From Amoebidium appalachense (Eukaryota > Protista > Ichthyosporea): a stretch of DNA of 64,000 bases. Under the pieces are notes generated by a model. That model was not told the origin of the DNA. It was given only the letters and a program-made list of their open reading frames with translations, and searched no databases. The DNA is taken from positions 5,260,708-5,324,707 of the forward strand of contig CAVNZM010000017.1 in NCBI GenBank assembly GCA_963693365.1, written 5' to 3'. Shown here piece after piece: positions 1-29,341 of the stretch; within the stretch, counting starts at the first letter, position 1, and the number at the start of each line of letters is the position of its first letter. The translations under genes and the position numbers were made by a program.

Positions 1-167
1 TTGGAGTGTTCTGATTGGTAGCGACTAGATCCATAGCGGCGGGTAGACCAATCGGGAATAGTATGTAACATTCCAGTGAGCCAGACCACAAGTATATAAA
101 GGTCCCGGTGGGCCAGTCAATGTAAGTCAGCAAATAATAAAGTCTCACAGAGAAACCTCTAAGTTAC
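1..167 (+). mobile_element. Possible 3' part of a (solo) LTR
   Basis: CCAAT motifs, TATATAAA at ~93, AATAAA at ~136 and a ..TTACA end at 167 occur in the order expected for an LTR U3-R-U5. The 5' end is outside the window, so TG..CA and TSD cannot be checked. Confidence 0.25.
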
Positions 168-587
168 ACCAGACACAGGGCTGGCGATCTGTTTCTGTCA
201 CTGTGTCACATTCCAATTTGCCGATGTCACAATGATACGGCAGTATCAGAAAAACTCTATGTATGGGGTAGCAAGACACAAAATCGATTTGCATACTACC
301 GTTGTAGAGCTACCTGATTGGTTAAAATTGAAAACGTATGAACCAATCAAAATCTCTTTTTGGCGGGAAAATTCGTGATATCACGATTCACATCGCAGGC
401 CGCGCGCAGGCATCGTCATGAATATATGTGGTTGAGCACACTCGCCACACAGTGTGTATATGTATATACGGGCCGTTCCAGTTTCTGAGTTTTCGCTCTT
501 ATTCCTGTTTCTGTTTTCCCACATGTCTCATTGAAATGCTAGCTCATTTGCACGCGCCATGTCGTTTGCAAGCGCTCTTACATCTTA

Positions 588-1543
588 GGGCCTGTTTGGC
601 AACGCGGATCAACGGTTAGCGGCCACACTCCGGAGTAAGATCGATTTTGGAGTTAGGGCTAAAGCGGAATTTCTGAAATCCGCGGATGCCAAACAGATGG
701 CCCAATCTGGCCTGTGTACGCCGGGTTTCAAACCCCTTGGACATCGCTTGTACTCCAATTTCTATAATCCACCTCCGGAGGTCGATTATGCGCGAAATGT
801 TCAACGCCATGTGAAAGTCTAAACCAATGAAAATTCATGTCGTGAGACCTTTTACATTTCTCTCTCGGCCAATTGTCGGCAGTGCAATATAGCCAAACAA
901 AGTTAAAGTGGAAAAGGCGCCAAACGGAAAGTTCGTTGTCACCGGCATGGCCAGCTTGCTGGTGAGCCTGTGACAGCCCGAGCGCAGGCTGCGACACAGC
1001 CACACACAGCCGGCCACGTGTGGTAGGTCGTATAAAAACAAGCCCCCCCTCAACTATTCTTCCTCTTCGCGGCCAACTTGTAGGCAACTTTTTTTTACCA
1101 TTAGACAATCTTTTGCACATCGGTCAAGATTCTGAACCGACAAGTGCCTGTAGGGGGAAGCAAAGAATGCAATTGCTGCAATTGCGGCCGAAAGGGCCAT
1201 GTTTCGTGCTAAATACATAGTGGTTTTGCAACCGGAAAAGTTGTTGTTGTTATATACATCACAGTGTATACAAATACATACATACGGGACACTGCACAGT
1301 CACTACAAAAAAAATAGTACTGAGTCCTAGGTACGATATACGTGCAAAGTATGCGCACTCCGATCAACGTAAAACTTGCGCAATGTGACTTGGTAAACTA
1401 AGCTGAAAAAAGTGTTGTCTGTTTGGCACGAGCGGTTATCTACGCCAGGTTCCGGATTACAAGTCAGAATCTGGATACTGATTTGATACCCGGCGTATAC
1501 GGTCTACGCCGGAGTTCGTAACTCCGCGTTGCCAAACAGGCCC
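588..1543. mobile_element. Non-autonomous PIF/Harbinger (Tourist-like) element
   Basis: Perfect 21-bp TIR gggcctgtttggcaacgcgga (588-608) / tccgcgttgccaaacaggccc (1523-1543), flanked by TTA on both sides (585-587, 1544-1546). No transposase ORF. Confidence 0.85.
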
Positions 1544-1810
1544 TTACGAAAGTGCACTTCGTCACCGTCGTCGGCTGCTGCGCGTGCCACGCTTCAATGA
1601 TTCACCGTGGCTCGTGTTTTCTTTGCTTCCGCCGCCCAGAAAAGTGGCTTAGTGGATCTTCTCTTTCCTGCTTTTCCTTAGCGTTTCAATTTTTTTGTAA
1701 CCGAGAGTTGTGTGTTGTTTTCAACGGTAATGTTTTTTTTTTGGAATTGGAATGAGTGATTTGTAGCGATTGGCTGAAACAGCACCATGGGCCATGGCTC
1801 CATGGGGGGG

Positions 1811-1936
1811 GAATGCGGAATACAGTACGAAGTAGATACACGATGAGAAGCATAGTGCAGGACCAATGCAAAGGCAAACATTCAAGTATGTAATATAAGC
1901 AATGCGCACAGTATGCGTCATAAGCAGAGCCCATCC
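1811..1936 (-). mobile_element. Diverged 3'-end fragment of PLE-related repeat family B
   Basis: Matches 6098-6226 with several substitutions. Short G runs on both sides. Confidence 0.8.
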
Positions 1937-2884
1937 TTGGGGGGGGGCCAGAGGGGCTTCTTAGGCATTAAGGCAAATGTGCATGTTTTCTTCTTTAATT
2001 GCAATACATGAGCGCCACCTATGGAACCTGTGTGCGTACGAATAGTGATCCCTTTCCAATGGCATGGCCTTGTTCGATCTTGTGTGTAACACCGTCTCTC
2101 TTCCATTTAATTAAAACTTAAATTTTAGTGTGTCTTTAATATCATGACGGCGGGCATAGGGCAAACGACAGATAAAAATGTACCAACTGTCGCTGCGCTA
2201 GGGCACTCCAAATCTCCAAAAGATATGCCGATGTACAATGCATGATACATCACGTGACTAAAACGTTGCGTTTAACCCCCCAACCCTATAAACCCAACTC
2301 AAATTTAACGGTAAACAGCTACTATCTTTACATAAGCGAAAAGACGCCATCCATATCCAGAAAACCTGTAATTAAATTAACCAAGTAAAAGAATTGCCAG
2401 CATTAGTAATAAAATCCTGTTTATATCTGATTCTGTTTATCTATGTCATACATTGGCGCATTAGTCTCAAAAATCACCTTTTGCAAGCAGGCATACATCA
2501 TGGCACGACACACATTAAGCGGGTGGTGGTTATGATGGGCTGCTAGCAGGTGCCCGTGCGTGCAATAAGTACATGCATGTAATCAGTACATGCATACGAA
2601 TCTAACTAAAATCAACACATCGAACACTAGTAGGTGTTGAAAACACTTCTCTTAACCCCCCCCCCCCCCCCCCCCCTCCACGACAAACTCCAGGCCCTAA
2701 AGTCTACTCTCAGCAGGCCCACTCCATTTAGTAAGTGTCTTTTCATTTTTCCTACATGCACGTCTCGAATCGAACACACACACACAGCAAACTCACACGA
2801 CCAGCAACCAAGAAAGACCAACAAACCTGAGGGGGAAAAAAGACCGAACAAAAAAAAGGACAATGTTCCGACTAAAAACATGTC

Positions 2885-17909
<15,025 letters not shown>

Positions 17910-18236
17910 GGCGTTGTTTTCAAGGCCCGAACGGCCAGCAGAAATCGTGATGTGTGATCCCCTGTCTAAATGAAGGTTTGGGAGCGAAAACCCTTTGCTA
18001 ACGGTAGTAGAACTAGCTACTAAACTGTCGGGCTCCTAAGTTATGATGTGCACCCGTTAGCTAGGTACATGTATAAGGGTTTGCCCATATGAAAGGTGCA
18101 TAAACAAGAATCGCGAACACACAGACACGAACGGGAGGGCTTGTGCTTGCGTCGGTGTGGGCTCCCAACTGCAACTGTTGCATTCAGCACCCGCGGAACA
18201 TTAGCCAACAGGGATACTATACTATATGACAGTTAT

Positions 18237-18437
18237 CCAATCATTGATTGATTTTTACGTCACTTTCGGCCTTTTGAGCTTAGGCGTTTCATGCTACAGC
18301 CAATCATAACGTATTGTACGTATCTTGTTGCTAGGCCTAAAAGCCACCAATCATAACACGGTTGCTATTTTGATTGGACAATCTTGTTAGACCAATGATA
18401 AGGGCGGTTGCCAGGATCACCTTCGTTTTTATTGGCT
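18237..18437. promoter_or_regulatory. Cluster of CCAAT boxes upstream of the Cys-rich gene
   Basis: At least six CCAAT/ATTGG motifs (about 18237, 18301, 18347, 18373, 18392, 18431) within 200 bp, 330-530 bp upstream of the ATG. Confidence 0.5.
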
Positions 18438-19479
18438 GCAGGTGTAGGCGCGCTGATAGGCCTGGCTTTAGGTATTCGAGCTTTTGATAATGCTTTTGAT
18501 AATGCAACAAACAATTGATAGCGCTTTATTTCAGCCATTTACCTCTTATTTAGCACATACTTATGTTTATGGCTTCCAGATGATGGGATAAAACTGCTTT
18601 TTGCATCAGTCAATTTTGTTTTTTTCTCCAAGTAACGTGGCTGCATCTAACGCCGAGGGCGGGTGAAGTGTTGTTCATTGGCCTCATAAAAATCTTCCTA
18701 TTTCTCGTTGGTTAAATATCATTTAACAGTCTTGGCACATGTCTATGGTAGCCAATCGGGAACAGGATCCCAAATACAACTTAGATCAAGGCGGCAACAT
18801 TTGAAATTCGTCAACCCTTCGACTCCTCCCTTCGATCGTTGTACCCATCTGCAGGTATGCACGCGGCTGCGGCAAGGCAGTGTGGCATTTATAACATTAC
18901 ATGCAACACACTCTTGCAGCAGTTACCATGCAAGTGAATGAAGAATTATAGCATAAATATTACGCATGGTTCCTGCCTTGTTTATATGGACTCCGGAATA
19001 ACATTCGTTTTTGTTGTCCTCAAAGCTTCTGTGCGAAATACATGTGCACGGGAATACGTGCCTGTGACAAGCCTGCATTTCGAAGAAAAAACCATTAACG
19101 TAGCCATCATGCTTGGAGAGAGTCAGAAACTCACAAAATCCTGCGGTTGATATATAATGCTGTTGGAAGGTAGGTTGGCCTGATGATACTCGAATTCCAA
19201 AATAAACACATTATTTTTACACACGTACAAAGTATTCTTTCCTGCAGCTGGATTAGGACGCGAGCACACACGCACAGTACGACACCGACATGACACGTGC
19301 ACGCATCCGTACGCGCGGTGAAACACGGACACACACAAAAGCACTATGAAAATGAATTACGCCTACAAACACGTCGGAGCACCCGCCCAGGCACGGCCAT
19401 GGGTGCACACTCAGCACACACGCACGCACGCACGCACGCACACACGCGCGCGCACACACACACGCACACACACACACAT

Positions 19480-19512
<33 letters not shown>

Positions 19513-19977
19513 CGCGCCATGTCGGGCTCCCGATCACATCAAAACCATATGTGATCGGTGAACAAGCAGTATGATTCCTTAAAAATAGCAGTTAACTATC
19601 CAATAAGATCGCCACTCCGGGCTCATCAGATAAAATGCAACCAATCAAGATGCGTATTTTGCACATTCCTATTCTCTTAAATTTTAACACGCACAGGGCC
19701 ATCGCGACCAGGCACAAAACACGACACGTGTTTCGTAAACGGCCGTGCGCCGCTGCATCCACACTCCACCACATTTACGCACAAGGGGCGGCATGCACAC
19801 CATTGCATAGAGCCAAACGCTGGCAACATGGCCGTGTTTGAGCCGTTGCCGTAGGACTAGTACAACACGAGTTATTAGTTTTGCGACATGGGCACTTTGT
19901 CAGGAAAAACGAAATTTACTAAAGCGTCAAAAACTCTAGAAAAACATAAGAATACCAATAGGCCGCACGAACTTCAT

Positions 19978-20555
19978 GCTGTCTTCTTCCACCATGACGA
20001 GCAGCACCAACACCCTGCTCTAGTGTCCTCTACCATGCCGAGCAGCACCAACACCCTGCTCTAGTGTCTTCTACCATGCCGAGCAGCACCATCACCCTGC
20101 TCTAGTGTCTTCTACCATGCCGAGCAGCACCATCACCCTGCTCTAGTGTCTTCTACCATGCCGAGCAACACCAACACCCTGCTCTAGTGTCTTCTACCAT
20201 GCCGAGCAGCACCATCACCCTGCTCTAGTCTTCTACCATGCCGAGCAGCACCAACACCCTGCTCTAGTGTCTTCTACCATGCCGAGCAGCACCAACACCC
20301 TGCTCTAGTGTCTTCTACCATGCCGAGCAGCACCAACACCCTGCTCTAGTGTCTTCTACCATGCCGAGCAGCACCAACACCCTGCTCTATTGTCTTCTAC
20401 CATGCCGAGCAGCACCAACACCCTGCTCTAGTGTCTTCTACCATGCCGAGCAGCACCAACACCCTGCTCTAGTCTTCTACCATGCCGAGCAGCACCAACA
20501 CACTGCTCTTCTTTCTTTCTTTTCCACCATGCAGAGCAGCACGAACACACTGCTT
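19978..20555. repeat. 41-bp minisatellite, ~14 copies
   Basis: Unit ctagtgtcttctaccatgccgagcagcaccaacaccctgct. Internal hairpin gagcag/ctgctc. No unique spacers. Confidence 0.95.
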
Positions 20556-20847
20556 CGTCTTATTGTATTGTTTCTAACTTTCCGAACATTTTTTCTTGCT
20601 TATACCCTTTTATTTTCCCCCGGGTCACTCCTGGCTAGGTGTTGGTTGAAGTGAGTTTGCTCAATCCCCACTAGCGTGACTGCGGCAACCCCGTGGGCGA
20701 AGAATTGCCAGAATATGTAGTGACAGTCGGGATTATGTATCCTGACTTATAGTTGCACTATGTAGAGAGCACATTCGTGTGTCTACTGTGGAAGACGTTA
20801 GCTCCCCTTAGGCAGTGCCTCCGGGAGTGAAACGGGATAAAATAAAA

Positions 20848-20939
<92 letters not shown>

Positions 20940-20958
20940 GACAGACAGACAGACAGAC

Positions 20959-20992
<34 letters not shown>

Positions 20993-21186
20993 CATAAAGC
21001 ACACACACAGGCCGTGACACACCACATAACTGCAGCGTCCATGCATATGCACGTTATCAGTGACGAAACATACATTCAATTGCAAGCGCCGTGGCATGTA
21101 TAATGACGGGGAACTAGGCACTGTCAGTCCACACAGACACAGATATACAGAGAGATACAGACAGACAACGCGCGTGCGCGCGCACA

Positions 21187-21229
<43 letters not shown>

Positions 21230-21500
21230 GCGCGCACACACACACACACACCAGACTTGCACATACACACATACTACATACATACACACACGCGCGCGCA
21301 AACACACCTGCACACATGTACACACACAAAACCGAGATATCCTTACACAACATACAGGCGTACAGACCAGATAAGATACACATGCGCGTGAAGAATGCAC
21401 TTACAAATACACACAAACACCACACACACCCATACACAACACACAGCACACACGCTCGCGCACGCGCACCCCACCCACTTACAAACACAAATACACACGT

Positions 21501-21563
<63 letters not shown>

Positions 21564-21917
21564 CACACACACACTTGCACTCGCGAACCTTTGTACACAG
21601 AGCCACAGTAGCACACATCACTCACCCAAAAGGCGCACCTACACTACGGCTCTACGGGCCACATAAGCGTGTATGACAAGTTCACATGACGTTCTGCCAG
21701 TTCCCCCCCTCCCCCCTCCCCCCCCCCCTCCCCCCCCCCCCCAAGACCCTCACAAACACATCATACTATCTATATACCCACACACACTTCCACGTTAATT
21801 GGGTCGAATTTTCTTAGGCCAGGCCTGCCTCCCTCTTCGCTCACCCAACCCGTGCTTCCTGCCGCCACGCCCCCCCCCCCCCCCCCCCCCCCCCAGCCCA
21901 TCCCCCCCGCCCCCCTC

Positions 21918-21948
<31 letters not shown>

Positions 21949-23302
21949 ACACGCACGCACACACGCACACGCACACATACACAATGTACGAACACCGCAC
22001 CAAGTCAGTGGCATTACAACCAAATGTTATCCACATGTTACTGGCTCGCCAAGTATGTGTGGGCCTTCATTTCCATGGGAAAATGAGATTTAGGGTTGAA
22101 GTCTAAGACTCAGACTCCTAGCTAGTGCGTGCTGGTTCACCGTATGCACGCATATACGCTGGAACGTACTGTCACATGCACTGCCAGTTCGAAAAAGGAA
22201 AGCGAAAGTATATATATGCTTGTATCATAGAGTTTTTGATACTTATATTTATGTTTGTGCTCAATGACATATTCTTAGACATTCATGCTTCATACACGTA
22301 TACATATTCATATTGGTGCTCGTATTCATACCCATTCATATCCTTACTCTTACCCATACTCTCCTTTTTATAACCGTATTCATCATGGTCACGATCGTAA
22401 TTCATAGCCATACTCAAGTAATCAGCAGTGCAATCATGCTCATATCCATCATGACATATCCGCATGAATGCTGATATATTCTACCTCGTTCATATTTTCT
22501 CGTATTCATACTTGTACAAGCGTACCCCGCGCACGGCCAGGATGTGAATATAAATAGGACACAGGGCCTGGGATTGGCTTAATGGAATAGAGGCAGAGAA
22601 AGGGAAGGCGGGCGGCAGGGTTGAGAAATCAAGAAGATCTTTCAATATAGTAAACAAAACATTACAACAGGAGAAGTGGGGGGATGGGTGGATGCAGGTC
22701 GAGTTGGCAGAGGAGGCAAAGTGAGAGGGGGGAAGGTTTGGAGGGGAAGGGGGGGGGGGGCGGGGGATGGAGGTGTCACCCCCCTCCCCCCCGTGTCTTC
22801 CTCCCTCCCTCTCTCTCGCTCTCTCTCTCTCTAGCTAGTAACCCCCTCCCCTCCCTCCCCCTACCCCCCTCCCCCTTCCCCCCCCCCCCTCCCCCCCCCG
22901 GGCGGGCCAACACGAAACACACACGGTTCGGGACTCGGTCATTTATATCAAACATCACCACCACTTTGAACGCACACACAGAAGACAACCACACACATAG
23001 TAAACACCACCACCACACACACACATACACACACCCGGATCCATAGTCGACCTTTTTTTTTCCCCCATCCGCGGCAACCTTCTTGTTTTGCTACTGTGCA
23101 GGCACATCGCAACCTCTGTGTGGTGGGGAGCACATACATGATCTAGCACCAATCAGACACGGCCATCACTGATGCCCACCATGCGGGGCTGAGGGATGCG
23201 GGTGCGAGAGGGAAGGGGAAGGGGGGGGGGGGGGGGGGGGGGGATGTGCTATGCCTGTGTGTTTCTGTGTGGCATGCTTGTACAGGTTACATGGTTAGGT
23301 GT

Positions 23303-23347
<45 letters not shown>

Positions 23348-23864
23348 AGTGTGTTTGTGTGTGTGCGTGTGTGGATAAGGGGGGGGGGGATAGGGAGAAG
23401 GGGGGGCTAAAAACCGAAGGTGCATTCCTGTTTTTATTGGACTCAGAGTTTTGGGATGTTAAAAAAGAGAGGCAGGGGTGGGGGGGGGGGGGGGGGTTAG
23501 GGGGAAGGAGAAGGGGGAGGGGAGGGGGGGGGGGGGGTAGGTAAAAGGTGACTGGAAGTCTTACAAACACCCCCCCCCCCCCCCCCCCCCCCCCATGTGT
23601 GACCTTGGGTGAAGGGGTTTTTTGTGCCTAGATCGTTCAACTGTGTGGACACTGTGAGGTATTCGTATTGTCAGACTGGCCATGAAATTAATGGCTGCTG
23701 TCCAAGCACAATCGACGGCCATCAGTTACAAACACACATGAGGATGGTGCAAATCAGACCCTTATTCAAATTCCTTTACACACATGCGCACGCACACACA
23801 GTCATGCGCGCGCGCACACGCACACACGCACACACACACACCCACCCACCCACACACACAGAAA

Positions 23865-23898
<34 letters not shown>

Positions 23899-24307
23899 CG
23901 TGTGCACGCGCCCGCTCACACACACACATGCAAAAACACACGCACACACAATGGCATTCCACTGCACACTATGTTTCGCATCCCACCACACACGCTATGT
24001 TTCGAAACGCCCTTTGGAACACCAGACCTCTCCATCATTATAATTTATGAGATTTCTGTATGAGCTCTTACAACAACCAAAGCGGAACCACGCATGCCCA
24101 CACCCGCACACGCATGTGCCCGCACACACGCAGATGGGCACATGGTGCCCTCTCACATACAGCCCCGAATTCCCATGTGCACACTTACATCTATGGCTGG
24201 TTGTGCTCATGCACAATGATCATGTTGTTTCATAATCGTCGTCAACGTTTGTTTTTTTATTTCCGTTGTTCACGCCCTGTCGTTGGCCAGGCCCACATAC
24301 ACCAGCG

Positions 24308-24345
<38 letters not shown>

Positions 24346-24768
24346 CTACACACACATGCACAAACACACAAGCACATAATCACACTAACACGTGCGCACG
24401 CACACAGACACGCACACATACGTATACACGCACACACACATACACACACAGAGAGACACACACACACTGTCCCGACCAGACCCAAAGAATCACGCGCAAT
24501 CAAGTAGGCGCAGACGATAGCACATACACAAATGCGCAGGAACACACACGCATGGCAACACACGTCCCCCCCCCCCCCTCCCCCCCCCCCCCCCCCCCCC
24601 CCCCCCCCGCCTTCCAATTGGAGCCTCTGTGTTGCAATCCCTACGTGCCATGACTCTAAGCATGTTGGAGCCATATGCACGTCATGTGAAGGTCTGGTTG
24701 GTCCTGGATCATGCACACACGTGGCTTATTGTTGTGTGTGTGTGGGGGGGGGGGGGGGGGAGGGGGGT

Positions 24769-25215
24769 TTTGAATGCGTCAAAAAGTACGAAGTACACAA
24801 GAACAAACGGATAACACGATGCAGAATGCAAGCCATACATAAAGAGTATGCATAATAAGCAGAGCCCATCCTCAGGGGGGGCCCACGTCATCCACAGTAC
24901 CCGAGTTTCGACCTATTCCCCTCGTTAACGAAACCCAACTCAGATACTGTTTCACTTGAACATGAGTAGGTCACCCGTCTTGATCAGAGACGAGCAGGGT
25001 TGCTTATGCAGGCAAGGGCAGTGGGAAAGGCCGGGGGTTAAAGTTGCAGCAGTAAGCAGAAGCAAGAAAAATATAGATAGGAACTCAGGAGACGGGGCTT
25101 CTAGGAAGCTCCCCCGTCGATACCTAAGTCGATACTTCCCTGGCTAACATACTACACCAGCTGAAAAGAATTAAGTCCCGAAGGCCACAGAATTCGTAAT
25201 CAGAGGGGAAAATAT
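24769..25215 (-). mobile_element. Family A: 5'-truncated copy of the PLE 3' end
   Basis: Reverse complement of ~46782-47228, apparently identical. G runs on both sides. Confidence 0.95.
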
Positions 25216-25252
<37 letters not shown>

Positions 25253-26104
25253 ATCACAGGAAGTATGAGCGCTGGGGGATCATCGCACTTTATTGGCGCT
25301 CACTAGTACTCCGGCCAATCCGGAAACACAACATGTGCCCCAATGCATGATATGTACATCTTAGTACAGATGAAACACACCCCTTATTAGTGTTTACTAC
25401 TACACGGCCACAACGCTAGGACCACAAATTACAGACAATATATCAAAGACAAAGCAAAAAAGACTACTACAACAGAGAAAAGAAAAAAAAACAGGTTGGG
25501 AGTGTTGGATTATTTGTGTGACGTGGGTGCGGATGTATTGGAAACTGGAGGTTTATGCACTTGTGTTAAACGAGGTTCAATAAGTAGGATATTTTTTCGT
25601 GCTGATTGGGAAATGATCGATCATGACGTGCTTGTAGCGATATGAATGCGAGTAACACGTATGTAATATGTGTTTTTGTTGAGTTTATAGCATGTTCTGG
25701 GCAGCCAAAGAAATTCGACTTACTCTCCCTCTATGTTTGCTGCAGTGTGACAGCTTCAAAGAACTGGTGTCTTCGTTGTTGCTTTGAATGCCTGGTGGTA
25801 GAGGAGGGGGAGGAGAGAGGGGGGGGGGGGGGGGGGGGGGAGGGGGGGGGGTTGCTGGATGCTCACCTCCGTCCCTGTCCCCCACCCCCCACCCCTCCTG
25901 CTCCTCCTCGCCGCTTTCCTCCTTTCCAGCACCGTGGTCACCCGCCGACCAACTGAACTTTCAAAAAAACCAAAAAAAACCTGTCTCTTCAGGCAAAAAC
26001 TTTACCACTCATGATGTCGACTGCATTCAAGCATCACTTGCACAAGCACACACTGTGAACACACATACACAAGGTGCACTCGCACTGCTAGACATCAGAC
26101 TGTC

Positions 26105-26140
<36 letters not shown>

Positions 26141-26209
26141 AGTCTCAGCCCCTACCACCACCACCACCACCACCACAAACATCCCCCTCACTCCCCCCCC
26201 CCCCCCCCC

Positions 26210-26254
<45 letters not shown>

Positions 26255-26734
26255 AATCGCCCACTGTCCTTTTTCCCCTTTCATTTCTAAATAATAAACA
26301 ACTATAACTCTGTACAAATTCTACAAGAGCACATGTGGTGATTATCCTATGGCCACATCTGATTGGTTCTGGATCATGCAGAGGTGCAACCAGCAGGGGG
26401 TGTTGTCGGAAGAAAACCTCGCCAAAAGAAACCCCTAGATATAGGGAGATCACCTTATTTAAAACCGCAAGAAGACACATTTTCGGATCAGTGTTTCACC
26501 AGAATAAAAACAAAATTAAGTGACCATAACCCTATGTGTCTGGGCCCTAAATGGGACCCGGCTTAGGTTAGTGTTAAGGCGGGTGAATAGTCTGATTCGT
26601 TCCGTTGTAAGTTCTGGTCCAGTTTTTAGCGTATTGTAAGCAGCCAACAAAAGCCGACTTGCAGTCAACCTAACCCCCCTCCCTCCCCCCCCACCCTCCC
26701 TCCCCCTCCCCCGCCTCCCCCCATTTTTTTATAT

Positions 26735-26765
<31 letters not shown>

Positions 26766-27915
26766 GGGGGGGTTTGGCGCGCAAAAACTTCCCGCCCAAA
26801 TATGGTCGAAATTTTAGCTGTGCAAGGAATATTCAATTTTTTTTATTGATTCTGAAACGGTGGCTTGTTCCGGCCTTTTTGATAGTTATGCCAACAGCTG
26901 GGCCTCAGAGGCTAATTATCCAGAGCATACTTTTATTCTCCTTGGCCACAAGGGAATGTGCAGGGGATCGGCAAACCCACCTTTTTAGGAGGAACGGGTC
27001 TCTGTGCATCATGCATGCAGCTCAGTCTCCCATATGGCATGAGGCACACACACAGTGACTGCAAACACGTGCACGAATGCCCCACCCTCGCATGCACACA
27101 TGCGCTCACAGTACACACTCAGGATTACATTTGATGTGTACTACCGCCTGAGAATGATGTTTATGTTCACAACACAGGGAAAGAGATGAGCTGAGAGAGC
27201 CAGGGGTCTTTCTCTTAAGCACACTGTCATTGCTATAAATATTTTTATGAAACAACTAAAAAAATAGGAATATCTCAATCTCAGGGGGGGGGGGGGGAAA
27301 TGTACGGACCAATAATTTGCGCGCGATTGCACGATTAGCAAACTGAGGAAATTTGGCGGGAAGTTTTGGTGCGCATTTTTATTTTTAGTATAAAACAATA
27401 AAAAAAAGTAGGAATATAACAATAAAAAAGTAGGAGTATTGCTGGAATTTCGGCTTCGTTGCCGTTCTCAAGAGTGAAACGAGTGCGCTTTATTTGCATT
27501 CATGCTTTATTTGCATACATTGAAGATACAGACACACACCGGCTGCCGATCTACGACAAAAGCACTTTCATCGATTCATCTGCTTGCAGTTTTTTGCACT
27601 TGTCAATTTTCGTTACCAATATTTGATTGTTGCAGCAGTCGATCCACCCACACCGCAGCCTTTAAATCAAGAAACATATTCTTTAAAAAGGTATAGCGAA
27701 AAGGCAAACACCCTTAAAAATACTTGTCTTTATATTCTGTCTCTCACATTCATTCAACCAATCGAGCACGTTCTTATATCCGGATATTCAGCAACGGCAA
27801 CGCTAAACAAGCCGTGCGTGTGTGTGCACACACCCTCTCGTGCGTGTGTGTATATGTGTGTATGTACGTGTACGTGTACGTGTACGTGTGTGTTTGCTGG
27901 TATAACTTTTCTAAA

Positions 27916-28482
27916 TCACTGCGACACGGTGGTCGGAATTTCCTGCTCCTGATAGATCAATTGGATAACTTTTTCCAGCGTATCCCGCCCTTTCTGCGCC
28001 GTTGCCTGAAACCTCTCAAGCATCGTGCTCTCCGCTCGCGCCGCAAATCGCGCGAAATTCGCCGTAATCGCACACTCTTGCCTAAATATGGTCTTGTTCT
28101 GCGGATCGTCGGGATCGAGGCTGTATGTGCAAGTTTCTTCGACTGTGAAGAGATTTGACATTGTGACGTTTCTTGACCTCAAAACCATCGTTTTCCCCTG
28201 TGCGTCAACCTCGGTAGTCTCCAAAACGTAGCCCTGCGGAGTGATAGGTAAGTATCCCGTTTTTTTTTGTGATATAACATGCAAACAGGCCCTGCAAACA
28301 AGCACATAAATTAAATGAAGGGGAGGGGGGAAAGGAAAGCAAGAAACGAAGAACGGAAGTGAAAGAGAACAGGAGTTTGCAAGAACGCACAGACACCTGT
28401 TTACACCATTCACAAAACCGCCAAAACAGCTGCAGACACCGACCCACATACCATGTAACACATAACCCCCCCCCCCCCCCCC

Positions 28483-28517
<35 letters not shown>

Positions 28518-29341
28518 AAAAAAAGAGAACACACACACACACACATTTGCGCACGCAGAAAACACACGGACACGGGACTCAGTAAACACTTAACACACAC
28601 CTCACATGCCCCCACGAATTTCTGCAACCTCCTCCCCTCCTCACTCCCACAAAATGACCATCACTATACACTAACTGGGGCGCAAAAAGACCCCCCCCCC
28701 CCCTCCTTTACTCCTACGCCTCCATTCCTTCCCACCTTCCCGCCCCACCCCACTGCACCCTCCCTCTCTCCTCCGCCCCCCAACCCCTCCCTCTTCTCCT
28801 CCCCCCAACTCTCCCCCCCCCCCCCCCCCCCCTTCAACCTCCATATATACCCCCCCCCCCCCCCCCCCCCCCCCCCAAACACACACACACACACACACTC
28901 GTCTCCCCCCATACACAAGAAGAGAGAAGTCTACCCATGCAAATCAAAAAAAATGCCCAGAAACCAAGGAATAAAGAAAGTTTTCACGACCCACACAAGG
29001 TTGCCAATAAAATTTTTCGTGGTCTTTCAGTCGATAAAAACAAGAAAGATGAGAGAAAGCACCAGCAGACAAAAGGCCGTCCCGAGCTGTGGTGAATGTG
29101 TTACCTTGTTATCTGTAATGCCAAAAACGGGTGCCAGCCATGAAGGCAGCGCACTTGTAACGCCGATCAGTCTTGTAGTAGAGAGTATCCCAGAATGCTC
29201 GATCTTGGACCTTATGATGTCCACAGAGTTGACGTGTGGTGCAAGGGTCGGTGTGAGAACGTTGTTGTACTTTCTCCAGCTGGCATGTGTTACTGTCTCC
29301 CACGGGTGGTGGAAGGTGTGCTGGGTCTCCCAGAACTTCAT
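27916..29341 (-). CDS. PRELI/MSF1-domain mitochondrial lipid transfer protein (PRELID3/SLMO/Ups2-like)
   Basis: Exon 29341-29105 (MKFWETQHTFHHPWETVTHASWRKY...PHVNSVDII...GILSTTRLI...LPSW) and exon 28233-27916 (YVLETTEVD...SRNVTMSNLFTVEETCTY...ERFQATAQKGR) carry the family motifs. Phase-0 GT-AG intron. Confidence 0.92.

Noticed and set aside
19978-20555. CRISPR array
   Set aside because: Units are contiguous with no unique spacers, there are no cas genes, and the context is eukaryotic.
26776-27375. MITE defined by inverted gcgc..aaaacttcccgcc..aaat motifs
   Set aside because: The arms are imperfect and no TSD is seen. They could equally be E2F-type sites.
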